Positions 27,289 through 37,083 of a stretch of DNA of 40,848 nt are shown piece after piece; within the stretch, counting starts at the first letter, position 1, and every line of letters starts with the position of its first letter. The notes under the pieces were generated by a model. It did no database searches and had not been told where the DNA came from. It saw nothing but the letters and a program-made list of their open reading frames with translations. The stretch comes from an uncultured Porphyromonadaceae bacterium (GTDB lineage Bacteria; Bacteroidota; Bacteroidia; Bacteroidales; Muribaculaceae). Position numbers and translations under genes: made by a program. The stretch spans positions 1 to 40,848 of the forward strand of contig CAMWQF010000001.1 of the NCBI GenBank assembly GCA_947176285.1, written 5' to 3'.

Positions 27289-27328
27289 TTCCGGCTTCCC
27301 GCTTGATTAGTTGGGAGCCGGAGTTTTT
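27289..27328 (+). terminator. HU terminator
   Basis: TCCGGCTTCC/GGGAGCCGGA stem plus T5. Confidence 0.75.
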
Positions 27329-27329
27329 A

Positions 27330-27361
27330 TTTGCGAATGTCGGAATTTATTGTTAAATTTG
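27330..27361 (+). promoter_or_regulatory. argS promoter
   Basis: TTTG-N20-TAAATTTG. Confidence 0.82.
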
Positions 27362-27385
27362 CATACGAATTTGACAATTTGAAAA

Positions 27386-29167
27386 ATGAAGATAGAATCG
27401 ATAATCACTCAAGGAGTAAGCGATGCTGTAAAAGCACTCTATGGCCTTGATTTCCCGGCTGATAAGATTCAGCCCCAACAGACAAAAAAAGAATTCGAAG
27501 GTAACCTTACGATAATGGCTTTCCCATTCCTGAAGGCCTCTCACAAATCTCCGGAAGCCACTGCTGCTGAAATAGGGGAGTGGCTTGTGGAAAATGTCCC
27601 TGCGGTAGAAAAATTCAATGTGGTGAAAGGTTTCCTCAATATCTCTGTGAATCCTACATTCTGGCTCACAACCCTACATAGCATCGCGGAAGACCCGGAA
27701 TTCGGTATCCGTCATGCCGATGAGAACTCCGACCTGGTGATGGTGGAGTACTCGAGTCCGAACACCAACAAACCGCTGCATCTCGGACATGTGCGCAATA
27801 ACCTTCTTGGCTATTCACTCTCTAAAATCCTTGAAGCCAACGGTCATAAGGTGGTAAAGACAAATATCGTCAACGATCGTGGTATCCATATCTGCAAGTC
27901 AATGCTCGCTTGGAAGAAATGGGGCAATGGCGCCACTCCGGAATCCACGGGCAAGAAGGGCGACCACCTGATAGGCGACTTCTATGTGCTTTTCGACAAG
28001 CACTTCAAAGAGGAAGTTAAGGAATTGATGGAGAAGGAAAACCTTTCAGAAGATGACGCAAAGGCTAAATCTCCTCTTATGCTTGAAGCTCGCGAGATGC
28101 TTCGCAAATGGGAGGCAGGCGACCCGGAAGTTCGCGACCTCTGGAAGATGATGAACGAATGGGTATATGCCGGTTTCGATGAGACATACCGCCGTCTCGG
28201 TGTCGGTTTCGACAAAATCTATTATGAGAGCGACACATATCTTCAGGGTAAAGACCTTGTCTTGAAGGGACTTGACGAGGGGATAATGTATAAGAAAGAG
28301 GATGGATCCGTTTGGGCTGACCTTACTCCCGACGGACTTGACCATAAACTGCTCCTTCGCGCTGACGGAACATCTGTATATATGACTCAGGATATAGGCA
28401 CTGCGAAACTCCGCTATCAAGATTTCCCCATCGATAAGATGATATATGTAGTGGGAAATGAGCAGAACTATCATTTCCAGGTGCTATCATTGCTTCTTGA
28501 CAAACTTGGATTCAAATGGGGCAAAGATCTCACGCATTTCTCTTATGGAATGGTGGAACTCCCCGAGGGGAAGATGAAGAGCCGCGAAGGAACTGTGGTT
28601 GATGCCGACGACCTTATTGACAAGATGATAGCCGACGCAGCCGAGACAGGGGCGGAGCGTTTTGCCGACATGCCGGAAGAAGAGCGTGCAGAAGTGGCGC
28701 GTATTGTCGGCATGGGTGCATTGAAATATTTCCTTCTCAAGGTTGATCCTCGCAAGAATATGCTGTTCAACCCGAAGGAATCAATAGACTTTAACGGCAA
28801 TACCGGCCCCTTCCTGCAGTACACCTATGCTCGTGTGCAGTCAGTGCTTCGTCGTGCCGGTGAAGATTTTGATCCTCTATATATGCCTACAGCCATTCCT
28901 AATGAAGTGGAATCAGATCTAATTCAGAAGGTGGCCGATTTCCCTGAAGTAGTGAAAGAAGCCGGACGCACATATAGCCCGTCGCTTATTGCAAACTACT
29001 GCTTCGAACTTGCTAAGGAATACAACCGCTTCTATCACGACTATAGTATACTGAAGGAAGAAAATGAGGCCGTGCGCAAATTGCGTCTGCTGCTCAGTTA
29101 CGTAGTTGCCCGCACATTGAAGTCAGGGGTTGCACTTCTTGGCATGGAGATGCCGGAAAGGATGTAG
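27386..29167 (+). CDS. argS: Arginine--tRNA ligase
   Basis: EYSSPNTNKPLHLGH, KMKSREG, QYTYAR, C-terminal PERM. Confidence 0.98.
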   Translation: MKIESIITQGVSDAVKALYGLDFPADKIQPQQTKKEFEGNLTIMAFPFLKASHKSPEATAAEIGEWLVENVPAVEKFNVVKGFLNISVNPTFWLTTLHSIAEDPEFGIRHADENSDLVMVEYSSPNTNKPLHLGHVRNNLLGYSLSKILEANGHKVVKTNIVNDRGIHICKSMLAWKKWGNGATPESTGKKGDHLIGDFYVLFDKHFKEEVKELMEKENLSEDDAKAKSPLMLEAREMLRKWEAGDPEVRDLWKMMNEWVYAGFDETYRRLGVGFDKIYYESDTYLQGKDLVLKGLDEGIMYKKEDGSVWADLTPDGLDHKLLLRADGTSVYMTQDIGTAKLRYQDFPIDKMIYVVGNEQNYHFQVLSLLLDKLGFKWGKDLTHFSYGMVELPEGKMKSREGTVVDADDLIDKMIADAAETGAERFADMPEEERAEVARIVGMGALKYFLLKVDPRKNMLFNPKESIDFNGNTGPFLQYTYARVQSVLRRAGEDFDPLYMPTAIPNEVESDLIQKVADFPEVVKEAGRTYSPSLIANYCFELAKEYNRFYHDYSILKEENEAVRKLRLLLSYVVARTLKSGVALLGMEMPERM

Positions 29168-29217
29168 GATTAAACCGAAAGGTCAGTTTTATTGTCTTAT
29201 AAGTGTAAAAGAGGCAA

Positions 29218-29253
29218 ATTAGTCTAATTAGACTAATGAGTCCAATTAGTCTA
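29218..29253. repeat. Four 9-bp units upstream of yccA, containing a perfect 20-bp palindrome
   Basis: attagtcta attagacta atgagtcca attagtcta; 29218-29237 equals its own reverse complement. Confidence 0.92.
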
Positions 29254-29276
29254 ACTAAAACTAAAAAATAAATAAT

Positions 29277-29999
29277 ATGTATCCAGATTACAATAATCCT
29301 CAGACCCCTCCTCCCTACTATGGGGGAGCAGGAGTGGCACGCCAGACTAATGCTGTCATGAAGCGTGTCTATGTCCGAATGTTTATCGGACTCTTAGTGT
29401 CGGCTTTCTGCGCACTAGGCGTAGCTTCAAGCCCCGCGATGCTCAACATCATATTTGGTAATCAAATAGTCTTTTGGGGCTTGATTATTGCGATGTTTGC
29501 AATGGCGATCCTTATCCCGGCCCGTATGATGAAGATGGCTAGTGGCACAGTGCTTGCGCTTTTCCTTGTCTATTCGGCTTTGATGGGAACGTTCTTGAGC
29601 TGTATTTTCCTTGTCTATAAGATGAATGCTATTGTAGCCACGTTCTTTATCACAGCCGGAACATTTGGCGCGATGTCGGTATATGGCTATTTCACCAAGT
29701 CTGATCTGACGAAGATGGGATCATTCTTGATGATGGCTCTATTCGGGCTTATCATTGCAATGGTGGTGAACATTTTCCTTAAAAGCGGCACAATGGACTA
29801 TGTCATATCCATTATCGGTGTGCTTATCTTTACAGGACTTACAGCATGGGACACTCAGCAAGTGAAGCAGTTGGCTGCTGCAAATCTTGAGCCATCACTT
29901 GCAGACAAACTCGCTACCATGGGCGCGATGAATCTCTATCTTGATTTCATCAATCTGTTCCTCTTCATCTTGCGCATATTTGGCGGCAACCGTGACTAA
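29277..29999 (+). CDS. Bax inhibitor-1/YccA family membrane protein
   Basis: About seven TM helices; AWDTQ and LYLDFINLF. Confidence 0.92.
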   Translation: MYPDYNNPQTPPPYYGGAGVARQTNAVMKRVYVRMFIGLLVSAFCALGVASSPAMLNIIFGNQIVFWGLIIAMFAMAILIPARMMKMASGTVLALFLVYSALMGTFLSCIFLVYKMNAIVATFFITAGTFGAMSVYGYFTKSDLTKMGSFLMMALFGLIIAMVVNIFLKSGTMDYVISIIGVLIFTGLTAWDTQQVKQLAAANLEPSLADKLATMGAMNLYLDFINLFLFILRIFGGNRD

Positions 30000-30009
30000 T
30001 GAAATTCAT

Positions 30010-30051
30010 AGGGGCCTGCAGTGTATACTTGCTGCAGGCTCTCTTTATTTT
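30010..30051 (+). terminator. yccA terminator
   Basis: GGGGCCTGCAGT/GCTGCAGGCTCT stem plus T-rich tail. Confidence 0.75.
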
Positions 30052-30075
30052 CCATATAAATATTAACCCGAATCA

Positions 30076-31386
30076 ATGAAAGATACCAGTCAAACACGAT
30101 CACTATTATGTATGAACGGGATAAACTATCTTGTGCCGTTTATTCTCATCACGAGTTGTTTTGCCCTATGGGGTTTTGCCAATGATATCACCAATCCTAT
30201 GGTGAAGGCATTCTCAAAGATTTTTCGCATGAGCGTCACTGATGGCACTCTTGTGCAAGTGGCATTCTATGGAGGCTATTTTGCCATGGCTTTCCCGGCT
30301 GCCATATTTATTCGCCGTTTCTCATATAAAGCAGGAGTTCTTCTCGGACTCGGACTTTATGCATGCGGTGCATTCCTCTTCTATCCGGCTATGCTTACCG
30401 GAAGTTATTATCCATTTTTGATAGCTTACTTTATACTTACTTGTGGCTTGTCGTTCTTGGAAACGAGTTGTAATCCTTACATCCTTGCCATGGGTCCGGA
30501 AGAGACTGCAACCCGACGGCTGAATATGGCTCAATCGTTTAATCCTGTTGGTTCTCTTATGGGAATGTGGGTGGCGATGAACTTCATTCAAGCGCGCTTG
30601 AATCCACTTGAGACCGAACAACGCGCTCAACTGAGTGATGCAGAATTTGAAGCAGTGCGTGATGCCGATCTCCTTACTCTCATCACTCCTTATGTATTCA
30701 TAGGAATTGTGGTGGTGCTTATGTTTGTTGTCATATCTGTGATGAAGATGCCTAAGAATGGCGATAAGTCGCATTCCATCGACTTTTTCCCCACATTGAA
30801 GAGAATATTCTCAAAAGCACGTTATCGTGAAGGTGTAATTGCCCAGTTCTTTTATGTTGGTGCGCAGATCATGTGCTGGACGTTTATCATTCAGTATGGC
30901 ACCCGAGTGTTTATGTTGGAAGGAATGGGCGAGAAGGCTGCAGAGGTGCTTTCGCAGAAATACAATATCATAGCAATGGCAATATTCTGTTGCAGCCGTT
31001 TTATTTGCACCTATCTTCTGCGCTACATAAATGCCGGACGGCTTTTGGCTCTATTCGCCATGGCAGCGACGTTGCTGACTGCAGGAGTGATAATATTCCA
31101 AGACAGGATGGGGCTTTACTGCCTTGTGGGCGTGTCAGCCTGCATGTCGCTGATGTTTCCAACGATCTATGGAATTGCTCTTGACGGCATGGGGGATGAT
31201 GCTAAGTTCGGGGCAGCGGGGCTTATAATGGCTATCCTTGGCGGCTCGGTGCTTCCTCCTTTTCAAGCAAAGATTATCGACTGCGTCGAGATTGCAGGAT
31301 TCCCGGCTGTCAACCTGTCGTTCATACTTCCTTTGATCTGCTTCCTTGTCATAATTGCCTATGGCACTCGTTGCGCTAAAGATTAG
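30076..31386 (+). CDS. fucP: FucP-family MFS sugar:H+ symporter
   Basis: LWGFAND, LETSCNPY, RRLNMAQSFNP, MSLMFPTIYG; substrate uncertain. Confidence 0.8.
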   Translation: MKDTSQTRSLLCMNGINYLVPFILITSCFALWGFANDITNPMVKAFSKIFRMSVTDGTLVQVAFYGGYFAMAFPAAIFIRRFSYKAGVLLGLGLYACGAFLFYPAMLTGSYYPFLIAYFILTCGLSFLETSCNPYILAMGPEETATRRLNMAQSFNPVGSLMGMWVAMNFIQARLNPLETEQRAQLSDAEFEAVRDADLLTLITPYVFIGIVVVLMFVVISVMKMPKNGDKSHSIDFFPTLKRIFSKARYREGVIAQFFYVGAQIMCWTFIIQYGTRVFMLEGMGEKAAEVLSQKYNIIAMAIFCCSRFICTYLLRYINAGRLLALFAMAATLLTAGVIIFQDRMGLYCLVGVSACMSLMFPTIYGIALDGMGDDAKFGAAGLIMAILGGSVLPPFQAKIIDCVEIAGFPAVNLSFILPLICFLVIIAYGTRCAKD

Positions 31387-31432
31387 ATATAAAAGATTAG
31401 ATATTAAAGATTATAGATTTAATGATTTATAA
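31378..31432. repeat. 7/14-bp array filling the convergent fucP/helicase gap
   Basis: aaagatt agatata aaagatt agatatt aaagatt atagatt; includes the fucP TAG. Confidence 0.8.
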
Positions 31433-34400
31433 TTATTCCTTAATGGGAATAACTTTTCCGAGGCTTACATACCATATGTATGCCTCGCATTTTTTTGCGA
31501 TTCCTGCGCGAAGAATTGCTTCTTTATATTGTTTCACTTGGCGGGAATATGTGTTGTCGTTTCTATGCTCACCGAATTTGTAATCCACAATTATGGCACT
31601 TCCGTCGGGTCGAATCATAAGTCGGTCAGGACGTCCTAACTTCCCATTGCAGATGATTCCGCGCTCATTAATGATTCGCAGATTATCGTCAAACCATCCA
31701 TACTGTTTTACTTTTTCAATAGCGTCTGCAATTTCCCTCTTGAGTTTGTTCATCTCTCTGAGGTTTATATATCCGGATGCTTTGATTTTCAAGAGAGCCT
31801 TGTCGATATCTTTTGGAGTTTTTATGTTCTCCATGATAGAATGCATGAGTTCTCCGTATTGCCTTATGTCATCGGGAAGCGACTCTTCTTCCAAAGATGT
31901 ATCTTCAAGCGGCAACATGCTTGCATCAGGAGAAGAGGGGTCGGTATATTTTAAAGCGGGAATAATCTTTCCGCAACGATAGTCATCGACAGTAATGCTT
32001 TCGGCAATCCCATCTTTTTTCTTTCTGCCGGATGATATCTCATCATTATTCAAGGGCCTGCCAATGCTCCAGGAATGTGCCTGAGTGTCTACTTCAATCT
32101 CTTCAGGAGAAGGAATGTAATCGGAGATCTCTGGATATTTGGATGTTATTTCAGCAATCACATCTTCAGCGTCAACTCCACATTTCCATAGGAATGCTCC
32201 AATACGTTCGGTGTCGGAGATAGTCCCATTCTCTTTTATGTCGCATGGGGAATATATGTAAAGTTCATCTACAGCGCGAGTGTAAGCCACATATGCCATA
32301 TTCACTTTATCCGACATGTATTCATTTAGATACTTTTGATAAATTTCGGCATGTTTAGTCTTTTCAAGTGCCGGATCGCTCCAGACAGGAATCCATGGAA
32401 TTTGAGGGATTCCTACAGCTTCAGTCAGATCAGGCTTTACCCAAAGCCATTCACGCTGCATTGATGATTTTGGCTTGATGGTCTGTTTTGAGTAAGGCAC
32501 AATTACGCATCTGAATTCGAGTCCTTTCGACTTGTGGACTGTCATTATGTTGACGGCGTCAGTTTCTTCCGGAGAAGAAATGGAACGGAACCGTCCTTTT
32601 TTGTCCCACCACTGCAGGAAAGAAGCGATGTCAGACGTGTGGCCTTCGCAAAATTCAAGCACCATGTCTTGCAAGGCAGCGAGGAAAGGAGACTCCGACA
32701 TTCGTGTCCGTTCGGGGATAAATTCCCGGATTATATTTTCGATAAGGGCAGGGAGAACTGTTGTGCTCATTTCTGCCAGCATAGTCCTTATGGAATCCGG
32801 ATCGTATTCTCCTTCGAGGAAACGATTCAAAAGTTCGGAAAGTTCCATTTCGGGATGATTCATGGCAAAGAAACTGAAGTCTGCCTTAATTTTGCTCCAA
32901 TCTCCGGCTCCCTTTTGCTTTCTTAGTTCCTTTGGGTTAAGCGCGGCATGAGTGCCATTGCATATGGATTCGAGAATTGACAATACGGTCTGCACAGCAG
33001 GAGACTCACCGGCTTGAAGGGAGTCAGCACTGATGAACTTTATTTTCTCCTCAATATCATCCTGCTGATTATAGCGCATTATGCTTTCTATCACTTTAGA
33101 TCCCTGTTCATGAGTGTCGACGAGCACTGCTATCTCACCCATCCTATAGCCTCGGCTGAGCATGTCGGCAATAAGTTCCGGAATTTCTTCAAAATGGGCA
33201 GGAATGTCATCTTCAGAATTATCAGGCTTGAATATTTGTATTTTCACATACCCTATATCCTTACTGTGCGAAGCAGGTTGCACTGTATTGGAGTATAGTT
33301 TCTCCATCCGTTCTCCCAGTTCTATAGAAAAGAAACGGAAGAACAGATTGTTGAACTTCACAATTCTCAGGCTGCTTCGCCAGTTGGTGTTTTCAGCCGG
33401 AGTGTTGCCGCATTCCCGGCAAGTATCGGAAAATTCTTGCGGCACTTTCTCAATGATCAGGTTTGGGTCGGCATTTCGGAAGCGGTAAATGCTCTGTTTG
33501 GCATCTCCAATTATCAGGTTGTCATGTCCTTTGCTTTCGCTTTCAATGAGAAGCGGTCGGAGATTAAGCCATTGAAGGTTGCTTGTGTCTTGAAATTCAT
33601 CTATGAGGAAATGTTCCAGGCGGCTACCAAGACGCTCATATACGAATGGAGCATCATCATCCCCGATAATTTGGTTGAGAATAGAGTTTGTCTCGGCAAG
33701 TTCTACTGTGTTGCTGTCGGTGAGGAATAGTCGTGAATTGTTTCTGACGCTCTGCAGCAGCCCCACATAAGGCATCGTGGTGCGGTAGATGCGCCATTTG
33801 ATCATTTTTTCAGAAGCAACTTCATTTTTCCATTCTGCGAAGCGAGCATACATTTTGATAACCAACTCTTCAATATTGTCTTCCACCTGAGTTCCGAGAT
33901 AGGGGTTTTCTTTTTGAGGGTGGAATACGCGCGTAGTTGGACCTTTGCGTGTGAATTCGGGTATTTTGAATTCCTTCACAGGAAAATCCCATGTCCATTC
34001 CTCAGCCATTTTTCTTACTCTGGAAGCAAGGTAAGTGCCTGCTGTGGCATCCATGTCAAGCCCTGCTTCCCTGAATGCATTTCTCACATCGCGGGCAGCT
34101 TCTCTCATTTTTTCGAAAGCTTCGCGTGGACCTTTCTCATAGAATTTGGTGAGTTGATGGAAAGTATGAAAGAAGTCAGGGTGTTCATTAAAATAATCAT
34201 CAAGACTTTTCCTGATTTCCTTGAAGTTTTCTTTTGCAAGATTTTTGCTGGCGTTAAGGATTTCTCCATAAACGCTATATCTACTTTCGTTGCGTTGGAA
34301 AATATTCCATCCTTTTCCCATTGAAGCTTTACTTTCCATCATGGATTCTATCCATGCAGAGTCTTGATTGGATTGCTTGTCGCTGTCGATTTCATCAAGG

Positions 34401-34891
34401 GTGGTATCAAGTCCCATCTGTGACACATAGCTTGAGTCGAGTTCAAGTTGGTATGTGTCATCAAGGTCTGCCTCATAGGCAAATGTGCGTAGCACTGTCT
34501 GGAAGAAGGAGTCAATGGTGGAGACTTTAAAATCTCCGTAGTCAGTAAGAAGGATTTTCAGTGCTTGCTTGCATAACTCACTGATTTCTTCAGGGGAAGT
34601 ATCAAAATCTTTAACAAAGTCTTTAAGATAATCCACATTCTTCAAAGGAATGTCGGGAGTCCACGTGGCGAGAGCATTAAGTTTGTCTACGATTCGCAAC
34701 TTCATCTCATTGGTCGCCTTGTTGGTGAAAGTAATAGCGAGAATATGCTGAAGGGAATCGCGCAACTCACGCGGCGACCTCAGCCGACGTTTGCCTGCTT
34801 CATCACGACGAGAAATATAGTATTCTATAAATTTCTTCGCCAACGTGTACGTCTTTCCTGACCCGGCAGAAGCCCTTTGTAACTGAAGCAC
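31433..34891 (-). CDS. addA: UvrD-type helicase with C-terminal RecB-family nuclease (AddA-like)
   Basis: ASAGSGKT, TFTNKA, DEFQD, GDAKQSIYRFR, TVHKSKGLEF, YVAYTRA, RPDR..VDYK..Q...Y; GTG start. Confidence 0.85.
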   Translation of the reverse strand: MLQLQRASAGSGKTYTLAKKFIEYYISRRDEAGKRRLRSPRELRDSLQHILAITFTNKATNEMKLRIVDKLNALATWTPDIPLKNVDYLKDFVKDFDTSPEEISELCKQALKILLTDYGDFKVSTIDSFFQTVLRTFAYEADLDDTYQLELDSSYVSQMGLDTTLDEIDSDKQSNQDSAWIESMMESKASMGKGWNIFQRNESRYSVYGEILNASKNLAKENFKEIRKSLDDYFNEHPDFFHTFHQLTKFYEKGPREAFEKMREAARDVRNAFREAGLDMDATAGTYLASRVRKMAEEWTWDFPVKEFKIPEFTRKGPTTRVFHPQKENPYLGTQVEDNIEELVIKMYARFAEWKNEVASEKMIKWRIYRTTMPYVGLLQSVRNNSRLFLTDSNTVELAETNSILNQIIGDDDAPFVYERLGSRLEHFLIDEFQDTSNLQWLNLRPLLIESESKGHDNLIIGDAKQSIYRFRNADPNLIIEKVPQEFSDTCRECGNTPAENTNWRSSLRIVKFNNLFFRFFSIELGERMEKLYSNTVQPASHSKDIGYVKIQIFKPDNSEDDIPAHFEEIPELIADMLSRGYRMGEIAVLVDTHEQGSKVIESIMRYNQQDDIEEKIKFISADSLQAGESPAVQTVLSILESICNGTHAALNPKELRKQKGAGDWSKIKADFSFFAMNHPEMELSELLNRFLEGEYDPDSIRTMLAEMSTTVLPALIENIIREFIPERTRMSESPFLAALQDMVLEFCEGHTSDIASFLQWWDKKGRFRSISSPEETDAVNIMTVHKSKGLEFRCVIVPYSKQTIKPKSSMQREWLWVKPDLTEAVGIPQIPWIPVWSDPALEKTKHAEIYQKYLNEYMSDKVNMAYVAYTRAVDELYIYSPCDIKENGTISDTERIGAFLWKCGVDAEDVIAEITSKYPEISDYIPSPEEIEVDTQAHSWSIGRPLNNDEISSGRKKKDGIAESITVDDYRCGKIIPALKYTDPSSPDASMLPLEDTSLEEESLPDDIRQYGELMHSIMENIKTPKDIDKALLKIKASGYINLREMNKLKREIADAIEKVKQYGWFDDNLRIINERGIICNGKLGRPDRLMIRPDGSAIIVDYKFGEHRNDNTYSRQVKQYKEAILRAGIAKKCEAYIWYVSLGKVIPIKE

Positions 34892-34894
34892 GAT

Positions 34895-35242
34895 CTAATA
34901 CCCTTTCACTTTGAATCCAATCTCTTTGAGCATCTTGACTACATCTGCTTTCCGATCTCCTTGGATCAGGATTTCCCCTCCACGAGAACTTCCCCCGGTG
35001 CCGAGTTTCTTGCGCAAGGTTCGGGCTATCTCGTCAATTTCATCGTCTGAAATCTCGAATCCTTCGATGATCGTGGCGGTCTTCCCTCCGCGTCCTTTTT
35101 TTTCAATCAATACGTGGAGGGGGGCAGTTTGGGTTGTCTTGTTGTCAGATTCTACTCTTGTTTCGTTATCCGGTTGAGTGCTTTGGGTCTCTTCACCTTC
35201 AGGCAAACCTGAGAGTGAGGCGAGCGCATCTTTCCAATCCAT
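34895..35242 (-). CDS. SUI1/YciH translation initiation factor
   Basis: KKGRGGKTATII, LGTGGS, ILIQGD. Confidence 0.92.
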   Translation of the reverse strand: MDWKDALASLSGLPEGEETQSTQPDNETRVESDNKTTQTAPLHVLIEKKGRGGKTATIIEGFEISDDEIDEIARTLRKKLGTGGSSRGGEILIQGDRKADVVKMLKEIGFKVKGY

Positions 35243-35243
35243 A

Positions 35244-36326
35244 TTAGAGATTCTCTTTTATTTCTTTGACTGTGGCACAACGGGCTGAAAGTTCACCCTT
35301 AGAATTGTAGATGAAGAAAGTGGGGAGTTGACCTACGTTGTATTGGAGGAATACTTTGTCTTGTCCGGCGGATGGGTCTAAGACGGTGACCCAAGGCAGA
35401 TTGGCTGCGGATTCATGCCAACCGTATTGATCCTGGTCCGGACTGATATTGTATATGTCAATGCGGCCTGCTTTATAAAGTTCGGCAAGTTGACGGTTGA
35501 TTTCAGGGGTGGCTCCGTCGCGCATCAAAGTGAATGCTACTACTACGGGTTTTCCCTTACCTACTAATTCTGAAAGTTTTCTCTCATTGCCGTTTTCATC
35601 ATTGAGTGCGATTTCAAGCATAGTGATTTCTTCTGCATCGATCACTTTATGTATTCCTTTCAGGTCATTGTGATGGCGTTGTGCGGCTTGTGCCAGATTA
35701 AGCAGGAATGGAGTGTGGGCGTCATTTGGGCGATAATGGTTGTAGTTGTTGGCAACAGCCACTATGTAGCGGTAATCCTCTGTTGTTGGGTCGAAGAGTG
35801 GTTGATTGCCGACGGTCTTTGTGAGAATATAATAAGACATTACATTTCCCTTGCTTTCGTGCATATATTCATTGTAGATCCGTTTCTTGAAATCTTTCAG
35901 CGAGTCAGAGTTGTTGATATATGGCAGGAATGCGATGAGGTCTTTCTCAAACTGAGCCATTCGCTGAGCCTGTTCGGAACCTGATACAGTGAAATCATGT
36001 CCAAATCCGGTTTTCGAAGTGGCAACAGTAAGTGTTTCTGTTGAGTCTACAGGAAGATAGATGTATTTGTCATCGAGAGAGAGACGGAAAATTTCAGGTC
36101 CCCCTTGCTGTGGCTGTGAGAAAGAGAATTTCCCTTTGCTGTCTGTTCTGGTAGAATCCACGATAGCCCAGTATCCGGCAAAATCAGCTTTTTCCAGAAG
36201 AATCTTGTCGTTGTCGCTGTCAGCAAGTTGTCCTTCAATCTTAAAACCCTTTTCGCCGCATCCTCCGGCGATAAATATCGCAGCCAAGGAAGCGGCAGTC
36301 GCGAAATATTTTGCTAATTTATTCAT
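35244..36326 (-). CDS. Lipoprotein with DUF4369-like N-terminus and TlpA/thioredoxin-like C-terminal domain lacking CXXC
   Basis: Lipobox AGGC; LSELVGKGKPVVVAF, LPWV, YNVGQLPTFF. Confidence 0.75.
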   Translation of the reverse strand: MNKLAKYFATAASLAAIFIAGGCGEKGFKIEGQLADSDNDKILLEKADFAGYWAIVDSTRTDSKGKFSFSQPQQGGPEIFRLSLDDKYIYLPVDSTETLTVATSKTGFGHDFTVSGSEQAQRMAQFEKDLIAFLPYINNSDSLKDFKKRIYNEYMHESKGNVMSYYILTKTVGNQPLFDPTTEDYRYIVAVANNYNHYRPNDAHTPFLLNLAQAAQRHHNDLKGIHKVIDAEEITMLEIALNDENGNERKLSELVGKGKPVVVAFTLMRDGATPEINRQLAELYKAGRIDIYNISPDQDQYGWHESAANLPWVTVLDPSAGQDKVFLQYNVGQLPTFFIYNSKGELSARCATVKEIKENL

Positions 36327-36337
36327 ATTTTTCAGTT

Positions 36338-36415
36338 AATTCATAATGCAGAATTCATAATGCTTAAATGAATTTATCATAATTCAAAATTCTCAATTAA
36401 GAATAATTCTCAATT
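36338..36415. repeat. Degenerate 7-bp AATKCAN array in the 5' leader
   Basis: aattcat aatgcag aattcat aatgctt ... aattcaa aattctc aattaag. Confidence 0.75.
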
Positions 36416-36422
36416 ATATTTG

Positions 36423-36454
36423 CAAAGTTAATGAAAACTCCGCTTATTAGCAAT
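36423..36454 (-). promoter_or_regulatory. Promoter of the lipoprotein-SUI1-addA operon
   Basis: ATTG-N20-TAACTTTG. Confidence 0.7.
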
Positions 36455-36483
36455 TTTCTCAAAGAAAATATTCAAGTATGACG

Positions 36484-36521
36484 AAAAAAAGACGGTCTAC
36501 CTGGAGTGGTAAACCATCTTT
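36484..36521 (-). terminator. Terminator after the LEA-like gene
   Basis: AAAGATGGTTTACC/GGTAGACCGTCTTT with G-U pairs, then U-tract. Confidence 0.8.
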
Positions 36522-36557
36522 CTATAATCATCTATTACTAAATATAGAGTCCCTTTC

Positions 36558-36597
36558 AATTATGCATTGTGCATTATGAATTGTGCATTATGCATTA
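36558..36597. repeat. 7-bp array (minus strand AATKCAY x5) starting in the stop codon of the LEA-like gene
   Basis: aattatg cattgtg cattatg aattgtg cattatg catta. Confidence 0.9.
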
Positions 36598-37038
36598 ATC
36601 GGAAAGGTCTTTTGCTTTTTGGGCTGCTGCCTCGGAAGCCTTTGAAGCGAATTCAGAAATCTTGCCGAGTGCCTGCGCTGCAAAACCGCTCAGTTTGTCC
36701 TTAGCCTGATCCACTTTATCACCAAGTGCATCCTTTGCATCAGCAAACTTGTCCTGCAGATTGTCTTTCAATTGAGATGCCTTGTCTTGTGCTTGTGTCG
36801 CTGCAGCTTGGGCTGCATCTTTGGCATCTGCAAGTTTATCGGCTGCAGCAGTTTTTACATCTGCATAAGTTTCTGCTGCCTCTGCTTTTGCTTCTGCCAA
36901 CTTTTCAGCCGCCATGTCTTTTGCTGCTGCCATTCCGGACTCTGCTGCGATTTTGGCTGATTCTGATGATACTTCTGCTGCTGTCTTTGATAATGCTGCC
37001 GCCGCTTGTGCCTGTGCGAGATTCAAATTGTTTTCCAT
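36595..37038 (-). CDS. Ala/Lys/Asp-rich 11-mer repeat protein (LEA/apolipoprotein-like)
   Basis: AKDMAAEKLAE AKAEAAETYAD VKTAAADKLAD AKDAAQAAATQ periodicity. Confidence 0.7.
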   Translation of the reverse strand: MENNLNLAQAQAAAALSKTAAEVSSESAKIAAESGMAAAKDMAAEKLAEAKAEAAETYADVKTAAADKLADAKDAAQAAATQAQDKASQLKDNLQDKFADAKDALGDKVDQAKDKLSGFAAQALGKISEFASKASEAAAQKAKDLSD

Positions 37039-37083
37039 AGTCGTATTTGTTTAAAAGATTAAGTGTATAAGATATTATTAGCG

